Position numbers and translations under genes: made by a program
The notes under the pieces: model-generated
What the model saw: the letters and a program-made list of their open reading frames with translations, nothing else
Told to the model about the DNA's origin: nothing
Database searches by the model: none
Source: Zancudomyces culisetae HAW-14-8
Taxonomy: Eukaryota > Fungi > Kickxellomycota
Direction of reading: 5' to 3'
Length of the DNA: 64,000 nt
Assembly: GCA_052426225.1 (NCBI GenBank)
Contig: JBNJNM010000015.1
Location: 1,550,001-1,614,000, forward strand
Part shown: positions 47,479 to 59,811 of the stretch, in pieces
How positions within the stretch are numbered: position 1 is the stretch's first letter
Layout of the letters: each line of letters starts with the position of its first letter

Positions 47479-50400
47479 TTAGTGCACAGTGGGGATTTTG
47501 GATGTGGTGGGTTGGTTATCGAGGTCTACAACAGGGTCTACAACAGGGTCAATAACAGGGTCAATAACAGGGTCAACAACGGGATCAACAACAGGATCTG
47601 CATCACGGTCGACAACACGGTCGGATGGCACTGGTAGGTCGGCAGAAGTATTAGGAAGAAATGAAAAAATGGGAGAATTATCCCTAAAATACGAACCAAG
47701 GCCATTTACTAGTTTCTGGGTTTCATGTGCCGATTTTTGTTCAAAAAACTCGGTAAAGTACTGCTTTAAGGTGTATTTTGAGAAGTTTAGAGATTTCAAA
47801 GCCATAAATACAAATTCTGGCTGAACACTAGTCTTAACCAACCGTCTTTTGCTGAAAAGAACAAGAGGTGTTTCAGAGTGCGTATCGTTGTCATGGGTTC
47901 CACTGTTACTATTTTCATTTTCACTCTCGTTTTCGGATTCACTTTGACCCTCGCCCCCGTTCTCATTTCCACTCTCACTCTCACTTTCATCCTCATCCTC
48001 ATCCTCATTCTCATTCCCATCCTCATCCTCATCCTTGTAAACGTCATCTTGATCATCATAATCATCATCATCGTCATCGTCATCGTCATATTCGTTTTCA
48101 TTATCAACATTTTCGTCATTGACACTACGACTAGACAGATCACGTTTACTACCACTGCTCTGAGGCACGGAGAATGTAGAGGGATTGTCATTTGCTCTAA
48201 CTGTAGACAAGAGAATAACCTTGTGAATTACCTTTTTCAAAAAAGACACCAATGCACAGTATAGAAAATGCAGTGTATTTTCATCAACAGTGACATTTTT
48301 AAGCTTAAACAACCTGGAAACGAGCTGCTGAGTAGAATACACCTTCAATAAACGTCTCAGCTTCTTTATATAAGCAGGATCTCTGTGTGGAAAGGGAAAG
48401 AACTCATAGTAGTTGGGACCATATACACAGTTAACCCGGTCAGGGTCGTATTTATCCCGAGTTAAAAAGGCTTCGACTTCCTCTTTGGCAATTTCATCTG
48501 GAGTACTAACGATCGCTGAAGGAATATATGGCGGGACCAGTAGTTTGGGGTAATTTTTAGCGACATAATTGTGGTTTTCCTGCAGAATCTCCAGGTATTC
48601 GGCGACTTGAACAATAGATTTACTGGATCCAATATGATGGCTAATCTTGGTAATGTCGTATCTGTACCTGTTTAAACCTTCAAAAAAGAGCTCCTTTTCT
48701 ATGGCGGACCAGGTTGTCCCATTGATTACTGACGCAGTTAGTGTTCCATAGTGCTGGAACAGCTCATAGCCATCAAAGTATTTGTGGCTTAGAAACCGCA
48801 TTAATCTTTTTGTTTTCAAAGCATTGACGTTGTGTTTTAGTAGGATTTTTGGAGTGTTTGGGAGCAGTTTGCTGTCAAAGGTCTTTTTCCTCAACGCCTT
48901 GATGTATTTTCTTTTGAGTTTAGCGCCTCTTGTATTAAAAATATTGTATTCATTATCTGTACCACTATCACTATTTTCTATTATGGGTGGATTTCGAAGT
49001 GTTTTTCTTTGCAAATTTGGATCTTTCAGAATATTAATTGTGGATGCTATACGTTCTCTGTCGGAATCATCAGTACTTTTGTCTAACTCGCTCTCAATAT
49101 TGCGAGTTAGATAATGAGAGCCATCTATATTTTGATCCTCACTGTCACCCTCACTGTCACCCTCACTCACACGCCCACTCTCTTCTTCGCCCTCACCTTC
49201 GAGTCCACCGTATTTGTTTATTGTTTCAAGATCTATATCACCTTCATCTTCATCTTCATCTTCTCCTTCCCTTTCCCCTTCTTTTTCCCCTTCCCGACCA
49301 CTTTGATCAGAGTCAGAATCCACATCAGCACTGCTACTTTCATTATATGCAGAGCTATCTGGACTCGAGTGTTGAGAGACTTCTGTTTCGTAAATCATTT
49401 CATCGTTCAGTGCATAACTTAGTTTGCTATCATTCATCTTTTCGCCATCAAATAAATTTTGAATTTCATCTTCACTGTTTTCTAAAGATTTGGTTTGTAT
49501 TTGTTCTGATCTTTCCGATTCCATTTCGGTAGCTAATGATAGGGTATTAGGACCTTCACCTTCGTATACAAGCTCGTCTCTGCCTTCTCCCATTTTTTCA
49601 CCCTCACCCTCACCCTCATTATCATTATCATTATCATTACCATTATCCTCTTCTTCACCATCATCACTATTATTATTACTTTCATAGACAGATCTTGCCA
49701 ATATCCCAGTAAACTCATCATCTCCATCAAATTTCTCTGGTTTAATACCTCTATTTTCCACACTTTCATGCGCAAAACCTTGCTCAGGCGATAACAATTC
49801 ATCATAAACACCGCTTGTATCTATATTAAAATCATGTTGCTGAATAAACAAAGGTGCTGCAGACTTATCAATAGTAAAAGACTCTACAAGTTCGTTCTCG
49901 GGTTCAGATTCAGCTTCGGGTTTAGGTTCGGGTTTGGGCTCAGGTTCACGTTCAGATTCACGTTCACTTTCACGTTCATCATTGACATCAAACGAATCAT
50001 TGGTTTGTTCTGGACCCTTTTTTTCAATACGATTGCTATCATTAGATAAAAAACCCTGTTCGGATAGCTCAGTAAGACCGGAAAAATGTTCATGTTTGTT
50101 TGCATTATCCGAATTTGCCTTAAATTTTGTTGGAGTCGCAATAACGGGGTTGTAATGCTCGGAATCGTTTTCTTGCTTCATAAGACCGCTGGTATCGAGA
50201 CATAGAGACGTATCCAACACCAGGCGGTTGCTATCAAGATCTAGTCCACTTTGTAGAATACTTGAACTTCTTTGCTTTTTATTTTTTCTACGACGTTTAC
50301 CGCTACTTTTATTACTTTTTTCAAACGCCATCAGTCTATCTGAACTCTTTAGGATTGCACTGTCTATTAGCGAGCCCATATTAGAACCATCCATATCTAT

Positions 50401-50925
50401 ATCTATATCTACATTATCATTAGGTTCATTGTGTCGTTTTGGCGTTGTTATTGTTGTTGACGCATCTGTTATCTCTAATTGTTCGAGTGACTGGAGTTCA
50501 TTTCCTAGTAAAGCTTCAGAGTGGATTGTATCGTGTCGTTCCTTTTTTCGCTTTCGGGTTTTCTTTTTATTCTTTGGATTGGGCGAGCTGTTTCCAACAG
50601 TTTTAGCAAAATGTTGATCAGTTTTTTGTGGGTCACGAAGGATTTCCTTGGGACGAGTAACAACGCCTTCTTCTTCTTCTTTTAGTTCAATGTTGTGAAA
50701 CAAGTCATCGTCAATCGGGTTGTATGCATAGTAGTCCTTCTTTTGTCTTTTTCTTAGTTTGTATTGAGATGATTCTGGGGAGGAATTTGGTTTGGTTTGT
50801 TGAACATGAGGACTTGTCTTCTCTTGTTGCTGCTCTTGTTTTTGTTTTTGTTCTTGTTCCTGCTCTTCTTGTTGTTCTTGTTCTTGAAATGCACTTAGAA
50901 ATTCTATAAATTTGTCGGTATCCAT
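47479..50925 (-). CDS. RRN5: Rrn5-like RNA polymerase I UAF subunit (SANT/Myb plus histone-fold-like), with a long acidic disordered N-terminus
   Basis: WSAIEKELFFEGLNRY...ISHHIGSSKSIVQVAEYLEIL followed by IPSA, then helices TLHFLYCALVSFLKKVI and VQPEFVFMALKSL. First ATG is at 50925 (the track starts at an upstream TTG). Confidence 0.65.
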   Translation of the reverse strand: MDTDKFIEFLSAFQEQEQQEEQEQEQKQKQEQQQEKTSPHVQQTKPNSSPESSQYKLRKRQKKDYYAYNPIDDDLFHNIELKEEEEGVVTRPKEILRDPQKTDQHFAKTVGNSSPNPKNKKKTRKRKKERHDTIHSEALLGNELQSLEQLEITDASTTITTPKRHNEPNDNVDIDIDMDGSNMGSLIDSAILKSSDRLMAFEKSNKSSGKRRRKNKKQRSSSILQSGLDLDSNRLVLDTSLCLDTSGLMKQENDSEHYNPVIATPTKFKANSDNANKHEHFSGLTELSEQGFLSNDSNRIEKKGPEQTNDSFDVNDERESERESEREPEPKPEPKPEAESEPENELVESFTIDKSAAPLFIQQHDFNIDTSGVYDELLSPEQGFAHESVENRGIKPEKFDGDDEFTGILARSVYESNNNSDDGEEEDNGNDNDNDNEGEGEGEKMGEGRDELVYEGEGPNTLSLATEMESERSEQIQTKSLENSEDEIQNLFDGEKMNDSKLSYALNDEMIYETEVSQHSSPDSSAYNESSSADVDSDSDQSGREGEKEGEREGEDEDEDEGDIDLETINKYGGLEGEGEEESGRVSEGDSEGDSEDQNIDGSHYLTRNIESELDKSTDDSDRERIASTINILKDPNLQRKTLRNPPIIENSDSGTDNEYNIFNTRGAKLKRKYIKALRKKTFDSKLLPNTPKILLKHNVNALKTKRLMRFLSHKYFDGYELFQHYGTLTASVINGTTWSAIEKELFFEGLNRYRYDITKISHHIGSSKSIVQVAEYLEILQENHNYVAKNYPKLLVPPYIPSAIVSTPDEIAKEEVEAFLTRDKYDPDRVNCVYGPNYYEFFPFPHRDPAYIKKLRRLLKVYSTQQLVSRLFKLKNVTVDENTLHFLYCALVSFLKKVIHKVILLSTVRANDNPSTFSVPQSSGSKRDLSSRSVNDENVDNENEYDDDDDDDDDYDDQDDVYKDEDEDGNENEDEDEDESESESGNENGGEGQSESENESENENSNSGTHDNDTHSETPLVLFSKRRLVKTSVQPEFVFMALKSLNFSKYTLKQYFTEFFEQKSAHETQKLVNGLGSYFRDNSPIFSFLPNTSADLPVPSDRVVDRDADPVVDPVVDPVIDPVIDPVVDPVVDLDNQPTTSKIPTVH
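47524..47598 (-). repeat. 12-bp coding tandem repeat encoding (DPVV/DPVI)n
   Basis: About 6 units at the C-terminus of the Rrn5-like ORF. Confidence 0.85.
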
Positions 50926-53206
50926 ATCAAATTGTATTATACACCACTTCAATGATATAGGAACAAGAATTGATCCTACAAAATTGAGTTCATTTTTTTT
51001 TTTTTTTAGAAAAATAAGTATAATAATGTTGTAATAATATTTTTTTTTTCACCTACCAAATTTATTAATTGATATTTGAAATAAAAACATAAAATTAAAT
51101 GGAATAACAAGCAAATATTTCAAATTTCTCGATTAATTTTATAATATTATTATATTTAAACCCACAAAAAAAAAATTTTTTTAATTATCAATATTGATGA
51201 GGAGAAGGGGGAGGGGGGAGAGGGGGGGGGAGTCTTAAGAGATGAATTTGGTCAAGTCAAGCATTAATTTGGTTTGTGTTGAGAGATGATATATGATAGT
51301 TTGAACATCTAGTTACATATCCAACAAGGATAAAGAACCCAAGTATATCTTATGTAGATGTTAATTTTGAATGATGTTGATACTGGCTGGTATTTATGAT
51401 TTCAAAAGGTGTGGTAAAAAAAAGAAAAAAATGTGAGATGAGGGAAGGCTGGAAGTAGGGGGGGGGGGGAGGAGGAGAGGAGGAAGTGGTATTTTGTCTG
51501 TTGGTTCATCAATACAGTTTGTTCAACAGATAGTGGTACATTATATCACAGTACAGATTGGAACAGCGATGGTGTTACAAAAAGAAGCATATGTATGTGC
51601 GTGTTTGTTTATTTGTTTGGGTGGATGGATAGATGGATGGATGGATGGATGGGTGGTTAATTTGAAGGTTGACAATGCTAAATAGAATGGGCATCTGCAT
51701 ATATAAATGGGCGCATGTACAAATGACGCAAATCTCAGTTTTGCAGCTACAGCTTTGTACCAAAGAGCAGTTTAGTATTGGACTATCTAGGTTTTGTTTA
51801 CATGTAAACTAAAATGCACTGAAAATCAAAAAAATAAATAAATATGAATAGTTTGTAGTATTATTATGAATATTAATAGTATTATTTTTTTTTGTAATAA
51901 AAGGATATGAGGTAATAGTATAATTAATGATTAAAGCAAGACAAAATAAAAAGGAGAAATGAAATTGGTGGTTGAAATTGTATAGTTGTACAAAAAAAAA
52001 AAAGCTTTTATGTGGGAGAGGGATGGGTTTTAATATGTGTTAATTTTTAGATGTTAACAGTTGTTGCAGTTCAAAAAGAAAAAACTAAGTAAATAACAAA
52101 AGGCCTCAAAGGAATGAACAAATTATTCAACAAAACAGTACGGGAATATGTGGGGAGAGGAAGAGGAAGAGGAAGGATGTGTAAGGTATTGGAAGAAAAA
52201 AAATAAATTATAAAAAATATAAAAAAACCAAAACCATCCAATAAAAAAAAAGAAATATTTACACACTTTTTTGAAAACCAATTTGCATACTTGGAATATT
52301 TTTACATATACTTGACGTTAATAAAAAATAAAAAAGAATACTACAGATAGTAATTAGTGATTGGAATGATAAAGCAAAATTATCGATAATGGTTGTAATA
52401 TGAGGTACTTTGTACTCAATTCGAAGGAATAATTAGTATTTTTATTTTTATAATTTTTGGTTAAATAGACATTGAAAAAAAATAATAATAGGAAAAAAAA
52501 ATTTTTTTTTATTTTGAACTTACAAGATTGGAAATAATAATAAAAAATTAAATGTCTGGATAATTACCAAGTTTACAAGAAGGGAAGGAAAAAAAAAAGG
52601 AATGGAAAAAAAAAAGAAAAATTACAGCTAAATTAATATAGGAGAATTTACATGGTATTTTTGTATTTTGTTTGCTTGTAAAATTGTTACATGATATTTA
52701 TTGGAGTTTTCAAACAATTTCCAGGTAACTGAAAATTGAGAATATATATGCACTTGTTATTTTGACCATAGTAAATGTTGTGAATTAAAAACAAGAAAAG
52801 AAAAAAAAGGATTTTTTTTTTTTTATTTTTTTACAAAAGTACAAGTTAATAGATAAATAAATGAAATAAATACTAAAAAAAAAAGTATTATAGTCTTGAA
52901 CAAAATACTTTAGTATAACCGAAAAAAAAAGGTAGAATCTGAAAAAGAAAAAAGAAAAGAAAAAGAACATTGTCTTTCACTCAAGAGTTTTTTCTTTTTT
53001 TTTGCAGCAATAAAAGGAAAAATATAGAAATCCCAAAGAGGTACATAAAGGAGAGGATTTATATCAATAATAGTACAATTGGAAAAAAGAAAAGAAAAGA
53101 AAGGAAAGGAAAACAAAAGAAAAAGTAAACCATCAGAGGCAAACTAATCTACAGCAATCAAAGTTATAAGAAAGAAAACGAGAAATCAAGAGGAAAATAT
53201 ATAAAG

Positions 53207-54117
53207 ATGGTAGATTCAGAAGAGATAATAGCCTGCCCATTATGTATGGAAGATATGGATTTGGACGACCTGTCGTTTTTCCCGTGTGAATGTGACTACC
53301 AAATCTGCCGGTTTTGCTACCACCGGATTATTGAGGATCTGAATGCACTATGCCCAGCATGCCGGCGGCCGTATGATGAGAAAAATGTGCGGTGGAATGA
53401 AGTGTCATCACAGGAACTGGCAAAATCACGGACGGACAAGAAGTATCGGGGCAAGGATAAACGAGAGGTGGAGGGAGGTAAGGATGGTAGTAAGAGAAAT
53501 CTGGCAAATGTGCGAGTGATTCAAAAGAATCTGGCATATGTAGTTGGGTTACCTGTACATTTGGCGACGGAAGAGGTAAGTCAGTAAAAAAAAATGAGTA
53601 GATGAATAGATAGAGGGGGGGGAGGGGATTGAAGTAATTGAAATGTAATGTGTGGAGAAATGAAATAATAAAATAGGTGTTAAGAGGACCAGATTATTTT
53701 GGGCAATTTGGCAAAATCAACAAGATAGTGATAAACAAAAAGCAGTATACGCCGGCGCGAGGAGGAGAAACAGTGATATCAGTAGGGGCGTATGTGACAT
53801 TTTCAAGCAAGGAAGAGGCGGAGAGGGCAATTCAGACGGTGGATGGCTCTACGCTAGAGGGTAAACTGTTACGGGCGACACATGGAACGACGAAATACTG
53901 TTCGTATTATTTGAGAGGGATAGTGTGTCAGAATCCAAATTGTATGTATTTACATGAGCCAGGCGAGGAGGTGGAGTATGGGAACAAGGAGGAGTATACA
54001 AAGTTGGGAGTGAAAAGTGGGGAAACAACTGCGGGGGTTAGACATATAGCCAAGAGACCAGGAAGTGGAGTACAGGTGTTGAATAGTAAACGGGTAGTAA
54101 CAACGCCGATTGAACAT

Positions 54118-54151
<34 letters not shown>

Positions 54152-56321
54152 AGGAGGTACGAAATGAGGTAGAGACTAGGAGCATGGAAAATCTAGCAGC
54201 AGTATCAGCAGCAATAGCGAGCAGGCAAAACCAACAAGTTCCACAACAACAACAACAACAGCAGCAGCAGCAGCAAGAACAAGAGCAAGGATATGAGGAA
54301 TCAACAGTTCCAAGTCGATCAGAGACACCAGGGTCGGCAAGTTCAGCATTGCCACCAACAGTATCGTGGGCGTCACGATTGGCTAAGAGTAAGCGGAAAG
54401 AAGGAGGTGGGAGTGGAGGAGTTGTTGAGGATTCTGATCGTGAGAAACTTTTGGATCAAATATTTCCGGTACTTGAGCGTAAATTACAAAATGGTAAGGA
54501 AAGGGAGAAAGATAGGGAAAAGGAAAAAGTAAAGGAAAAGGTGAAAGAAAAAGAAAAAGAAAAGGAAAGGGAGAAAGAAAAGGAAAATGTAAAGGAAAGT
54601 GTAAAGGAAAAGGAAAAGGAGATAGAAAAGACAAGAGAGAATGAAGAGGTAAAGATAAACGAGGAGAGAGGAAAAGGAGAAATAAAACAAGAACAAAGAA
54701 AGGTAATGGTAAATAATGAAGGAACAACAACAACAACAACAACAGCAGCAGTAGTAGTAGCACCAAAGGTAAAGGCAAAGACAAAAATGGAGATAAAGGT
54801 AGAAGCACAAGTAGAGACAGAGAAGGTGGAAGAAGAGGAAAAGAGGAAAAAGAAGAAGAGAAAGGAAGAGGAGATTAAAAGAAAAGAAGGAGAAAAGGCA
54901 AAGAATAAACAGCCAGAAGTAGGAGGAGTAGAAAAGGGAGGAGTAGAGTCGACAAATAATATACATCCAATGTTACAACAACTTAGTAGAGAGAGAAAGC
55001 AACAGTTGAAATTGCAGAGTTCACAACGACAAGAAAAAGTACTTGAGACACAGGAAGGGGATGGAGATGGATATGGAGAGATGGAAAATGTAGAGGAGAG
55101 AGTAGAGATGGAGAATATACAAGAAAGAGGGCAAGGAGAAAATACGGGAGGGGAATATGAACAAGAAGAAGAAGAAGAAGAATATTCATTCCAAGAAAGG
55201 AGGCAGATGAAGATGGAACTGAAAATGGAGAAGGAGATAGAAAGAGAAAGAGAAAGAGAAAGAGAAAGAGAGATGGAGAGACAAATGGAACGAGAAAGAG
55301 AAATGGAGATAGAAAGAGAAAGAGAAAGAGAAAGAGAAAGAGGTATGGGAAGAGGAATGGGAATCGGAGGAATTGGATTTGGACTTGGGCTTGGAAAAGG
55401 CAACAGTGTGTTGGGACTAGGGTTAGGGACAGGAGGAGCAGGAGGAGGAGGGATGAATGGAATTGGAGGGTTAGGATTAGGATTGGGTGCAGGAGGAGCG
55501 GGCGGAATGGGGATGAGCGGAATAGGAGGAATAGGGTTGGGAGGAGGAGCAGGAGGAATGGGATTAGGATTAGGGTTAGGATTGGGAGCTGGTATAGGGC
55601 CAGGACCAGGACCAAGTGTAGGTGCAGGTGTAGGTTTAGGTGCGGGTGTAGGTTTAGGTGCAGGAACAGGAACAGGAACAGGAGGAGTGGGGATGAGTGG
55701 AATTGGAATCAGTGGAATTGGAGGAACGGGATTAGGGTTAGGATTAGGGTTAGGATTGGGTATGAACAACAATAACAACAATAGTAACAATAGTAACAGT
55801 AATACTAGTAGTAGGATAGGACTTGGTAGTCCAGGAACTATAGGAAGTGGGCCAGGAGATAGTCCTATTTCGTCCTCTTTATTGTTTGGACTTGGTGCTT
55901 CTTCAAAACTTCCACGTGACAGATCTAGATTTGGATTTGCCCAAAACATTAAAGATCATCATCACCAACAACAACACCAACAACACCAACAACAACATCA
56001 ACAACACCAACAACAACACCATCATCAGCAACAAATTCAGCATCAAATGCAGCAACAGTACTTACATGACTCGTATGCCCACTCCTCCAATTTTCCAAAC
56101 CAAAACATAAATCCTTACCATCGACCTCATCAAATCAACCCAATCCATTCAATGTTTGGACTATCTTCTACCACCAATGATAAACCCTCTGATTTATATC
56201 AACCTTTTGCTCCTTCTTCTGATCTTTTCCCCCCTAATAATAATCAAAACTACCTTCCTATAGGTACTAATCTTCCTCTTCCTCCACCTCCCCATCTACC
56301 TCCCCATCTACCTCCTCATCT

Positions 56322-56354
<33 letters not shown>

Positions 56355-57213
56355 GTCTTTGTACAATCCTACTAATCCTACTAATACTTCTTCCATGCCA
56401 TTCCAAGATCCTGCCATTTTGCATGCTCAACTGTCACACGACTCTAATGATATTAATAGACCCATTGAGTCTTCTCCCCTTCATCCACTTCCCCTTTCCC
56501 ATCCCCTTTCCCATCCCCATCCTCTTCCCCCTCCAAATCCTTCTCAATCTCATTTGGCTAGTCTGCTGATGAAATTAAAAGTTTCTTCAAACTTGCCTGC
56601 TACAGCCACCACAACCACAACTACAACAACCATTACTACTCCAACCCAACATCACTTTGCTCCTCTTGAGCCCAACAACAATGACCCTGCTTTGTTTGGT
56701 TCTGATCCTGCAATCTTGAGTCTAACCAACAATTCTTCATCTCAATCTCCTTCCTCTTTTTTTGAGTCTGACGCTACCGCACTAGCTATAAACCCCAACT
56801 CCAATCTTCCTTTTTATCCTTCTTCTTCTTCTTTTTCCGAGTCTGCTGGTAGCGTCCCTCTCTTAGACTCATTTCCCCCTCCCCCTCCCCCTCCTCAACA
56901 ACAACAACAACAACAGCAACAACAACAAAATCCTCATGTTGATCCTTTACTTTTACAAGCCTTTGATCTTGTTCGTTCAAGGATTAAAAACTCGTCTCCT
57001 TCATTTGACCCTTATTCTTCATCTTCTGTATATTTCCCCGATCTTTCTTTGACTCTTCATTCATATTTTGATTTGTTGCAGAATATTCAGATTCTTAATT
57101 CCAACACTGCTTCTGCCTATGCCGATTCTGTTGCCCTGGAAGCAGACTTGAAGAATATTTTACAAGTTAATTCTTCCACAACAACTGTTATTGATCATAT
57201 TCCTACCAATTAG
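53207..57213 (+). CDS. NOT4: CCR4-NOT E3 ligase Not4/Mot2 (exons 53207-53575 and 53677-57213)
   Basis: C4C4 RING CPLCME...CECDYQICRFC...CPACRRPY, RRM LANVRVIQKNLAYVVGL...YFGQFGKI, and C3H finger GTTKYCSYYLRGIVCQNPNCMYLHEPG. Confidence 0.95.
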
Positions 57214-57411
57214 ACTTTTTATAAATTTTAGCTTTATCTTTTTTTCTTTTTTTCCTTCCAGTATATAACGTTTTATAATATAACATTATTAGTTTTGTAT
57301 TCTTGATAATTTATTGTTTATATAATAAAATTATTTTATATTTTTCTTTTACCTTTTTTCCTTTATTCATTTCTTTTTTAAAAAATAATAATTATAACAA
57401 TAATTCAAGAA

Positions 57412-58747
57412 ATGGTTTCAATAATAGAAAACGAATCAACAACCAAGCTTGAAAACGAAAATTCTGAACTCCAGACAAAGACCAAAAATAGGAAAAATGT
57501 AAAAAAGACAAAGACAAAAGAAAATGCCAAACTGGCAACCCACAACAAGATTGTACAAAAGTTTGGCAGGCTGACTTTTCTGCATCAACAGCGGCTGTTT
57601 GAAAACACGTCGGTTCCTCCCAGTGTTTTACAGCATGCGGGTGAATACCTGACAGCTCGTGATTATTCCGAAGTGGTGATTGAACGGAATTCTCAGGATT
57701 TGTGTGGATACCCATTATGTCCACAATCTCTCAACAAAAACAACACCAACACCAACAATACTAATACTAATACTAATACTGGTGGTGGTGGTGGTGGTCA
57801 GGATATAATTATTTGTCCGTCTCGTCGTGTAATCCGTTCAGCTGCAAAAGTTCGTCAGTACTGTTCTGATCAATGTCTGGTCAAATCGGCATATTTTTCC
57901 AAACAGCTTGGATCCGAAGCTTTACATTTGAAATTTTCTACTGGTACTTTTCAAAGTAAACAAAAGTTGGAGGTTTTACCTTTGGATTTAAACTTGAATA
58001 GGTAAGTCTCTCTTTCTTTCTCTCTGTTTTTTTTTTCCTACCTTTTTTTATATATGCATTTGTTTATAATATAAAACTGTATTACTGTATATATATATAT
58101 AAATATATAAATATATGTTGTAGCATTTTAAAAGATGGAAAATTTGAAAACAATACAACGAATTCTAGTACGAACAATAAATCCGCTACGAATACCACTT
58201 TAACTACCAGTACGACTACCAGTACAACTACAACTAAAACTTCAACTACTAGTACTAGTACTAGTACTAGTACCGGTACAACTACCAGTACTATAGACAA
58301 AAACAACAACAAGATACAATCCACTACAATGCTTCAAAACCACCGGTCCAGGCTTAAATCAAGGTTTCAACTACGAATTCCCGATAATGTATGGCAATAC
58401 GCAACGGATTCTCAAAACGGAATACAAATAGTTGAAACACCTCCCAAGACAAATACTACTACTGCCACTACTACTACTATTGGTGGTGTTGAAGATGAAT
58501 TGGTTCAAAAGTTGCAAAAAAGTCTTGATTTGAATACTGAAAAGTCTGATACGAGTACTGTTAAAACTACAAAATTGGAATCAAATTCAAATCCAAATCC
58601 AGATTTAGATTTGGGGATAGATTCAGATCCAGATTTGGACTTGGACTTGGACTTGGACTTGGAGTCAAATTCAGACTTGAATACTGATAAAAGTATGGAT
58701 GGTGGTATAGAATCGGACGTAGATACTGATACTGATACTGATAAGGA

Positions 58748-58782
<35 letters not shown>

Positions 58783-59684
58783 ATACAAAAAAACCTCAAC
58801 TCAGTACATTTGCTCAAATATGGCTATTACTTGACAAGATGGTTACACCAAAGACCAACAAACTATTCAAATTGATACAAAGTACAAATTTAGAAACTGT
58901 TGATGAAAAAAAATTTGATCAAATGTTGGAAACGTTGTTAGTTCGAGTACCTGATGATTACTATATACTATCAAAACCTAATTTAAAACCATTAAATACA
59001 AACGATGACAAAGAAAAAAATGAGCAACAACAAGAAAATCAGCAACAAGAAAATCAGGAAGAAGAAGAGGAAGAAGAAGAATTGGATTGGTTTTATGAAC
59101 GACAAGAACGTAATGCTCAATATATCGATATACTATCCAACAACATCAACAAACTTTTGGTAAGGTTTTGTAATATGTATGGGATGGTATTAGCTCAAAA
59201 TACCAGACATGTAATACACATGATTCTTTGTACATTATCATTTCCTCCGCCACCATCATCATCATCATCATCATCATCATTAACCAAAAAAAATAGTTCT
59301 TTTGGTAGTAGTAGTAGCAGTAGTAGTGGTAGTGGTAGTAGTGGTAATGTACTGGATTTAAATAATCCCTCTTTTGTCTTGACTTTTACTCTTTCTTTAC
59401 TCTTGGCAATTTCAGAATACTTGTCTCATTACACTTGTATTTACCACTCTACCTCTCCCTCTCCCTCTACCTCTACCTCATCATCATCATCTTCTTCTTC
59501 TTCCTCTTCAAAACTTTTGGTTGCTGATAAACAATTCTATACTTCTTTATTTTCTAAAGTTTCAAAAAACCCCTCTTCTCATTCTAGTTCCTATTCTAGT
59601 TCCCATTCTCATACCCAACTTTTTAGTGATTTAACTTTTGATCATCTCTTGCTTTTCTCTCGTAAATTTATTGAACCCTTTTAA
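57412..59684 (+). CDS. RTR1: RNA polymerase II CTD phosphatase/assembly factor Rtr1/RPAP2 (exons 57412-58001 and 58124-59684)
   Basis: YSEVVIERN...LCGYPLC...YCSDQCLVKSAYFSKQL zinc domain; C-terminal LSTFAQIWLLLDKMVTPKT. The GTAAGT..TAG intron keeps frame. Confidence 0.9.
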
Positions 59685-59800
59685 TTTAATTTAATCTAAT
59701 TTAATCTAATTTAATTTAATTTGGTTTGGTTTGGTTTGGTTTAATTTAGTCTAATTTAGTTTATATTTATACTTTTGCTTATTAAATCTAATTTAATCTA
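59681..59800 (+). repeat. Pentamer microsatellite (TTAAT/CTAAT/TTGGT) filling the RTR1-myosin convergent spacer
   Basis: ttaatttaatttaatctaat...ttggtttggtttggt...ctaatttagt directly visible. Confidence 0.8.
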
Positions 59801-59811
59801 AACTCAAATCT

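Noticed and set aside
47796-49811. Met/His/Ile-rich alternative-frame ORFs within the Rrn5-like gene
   Set aside because: By-products of GAT/GAG trinucleotide repeats encoding Asp/Glu tracts.
54456-55949. 497-aa antisense ORF (and others nearby) opposite NOT4
   Set aside because: Shadow ORF: the purine-rich repetitive sense strand lacks TTA/CTA/TCA in that frame, and the product is only mirror-image repeats.
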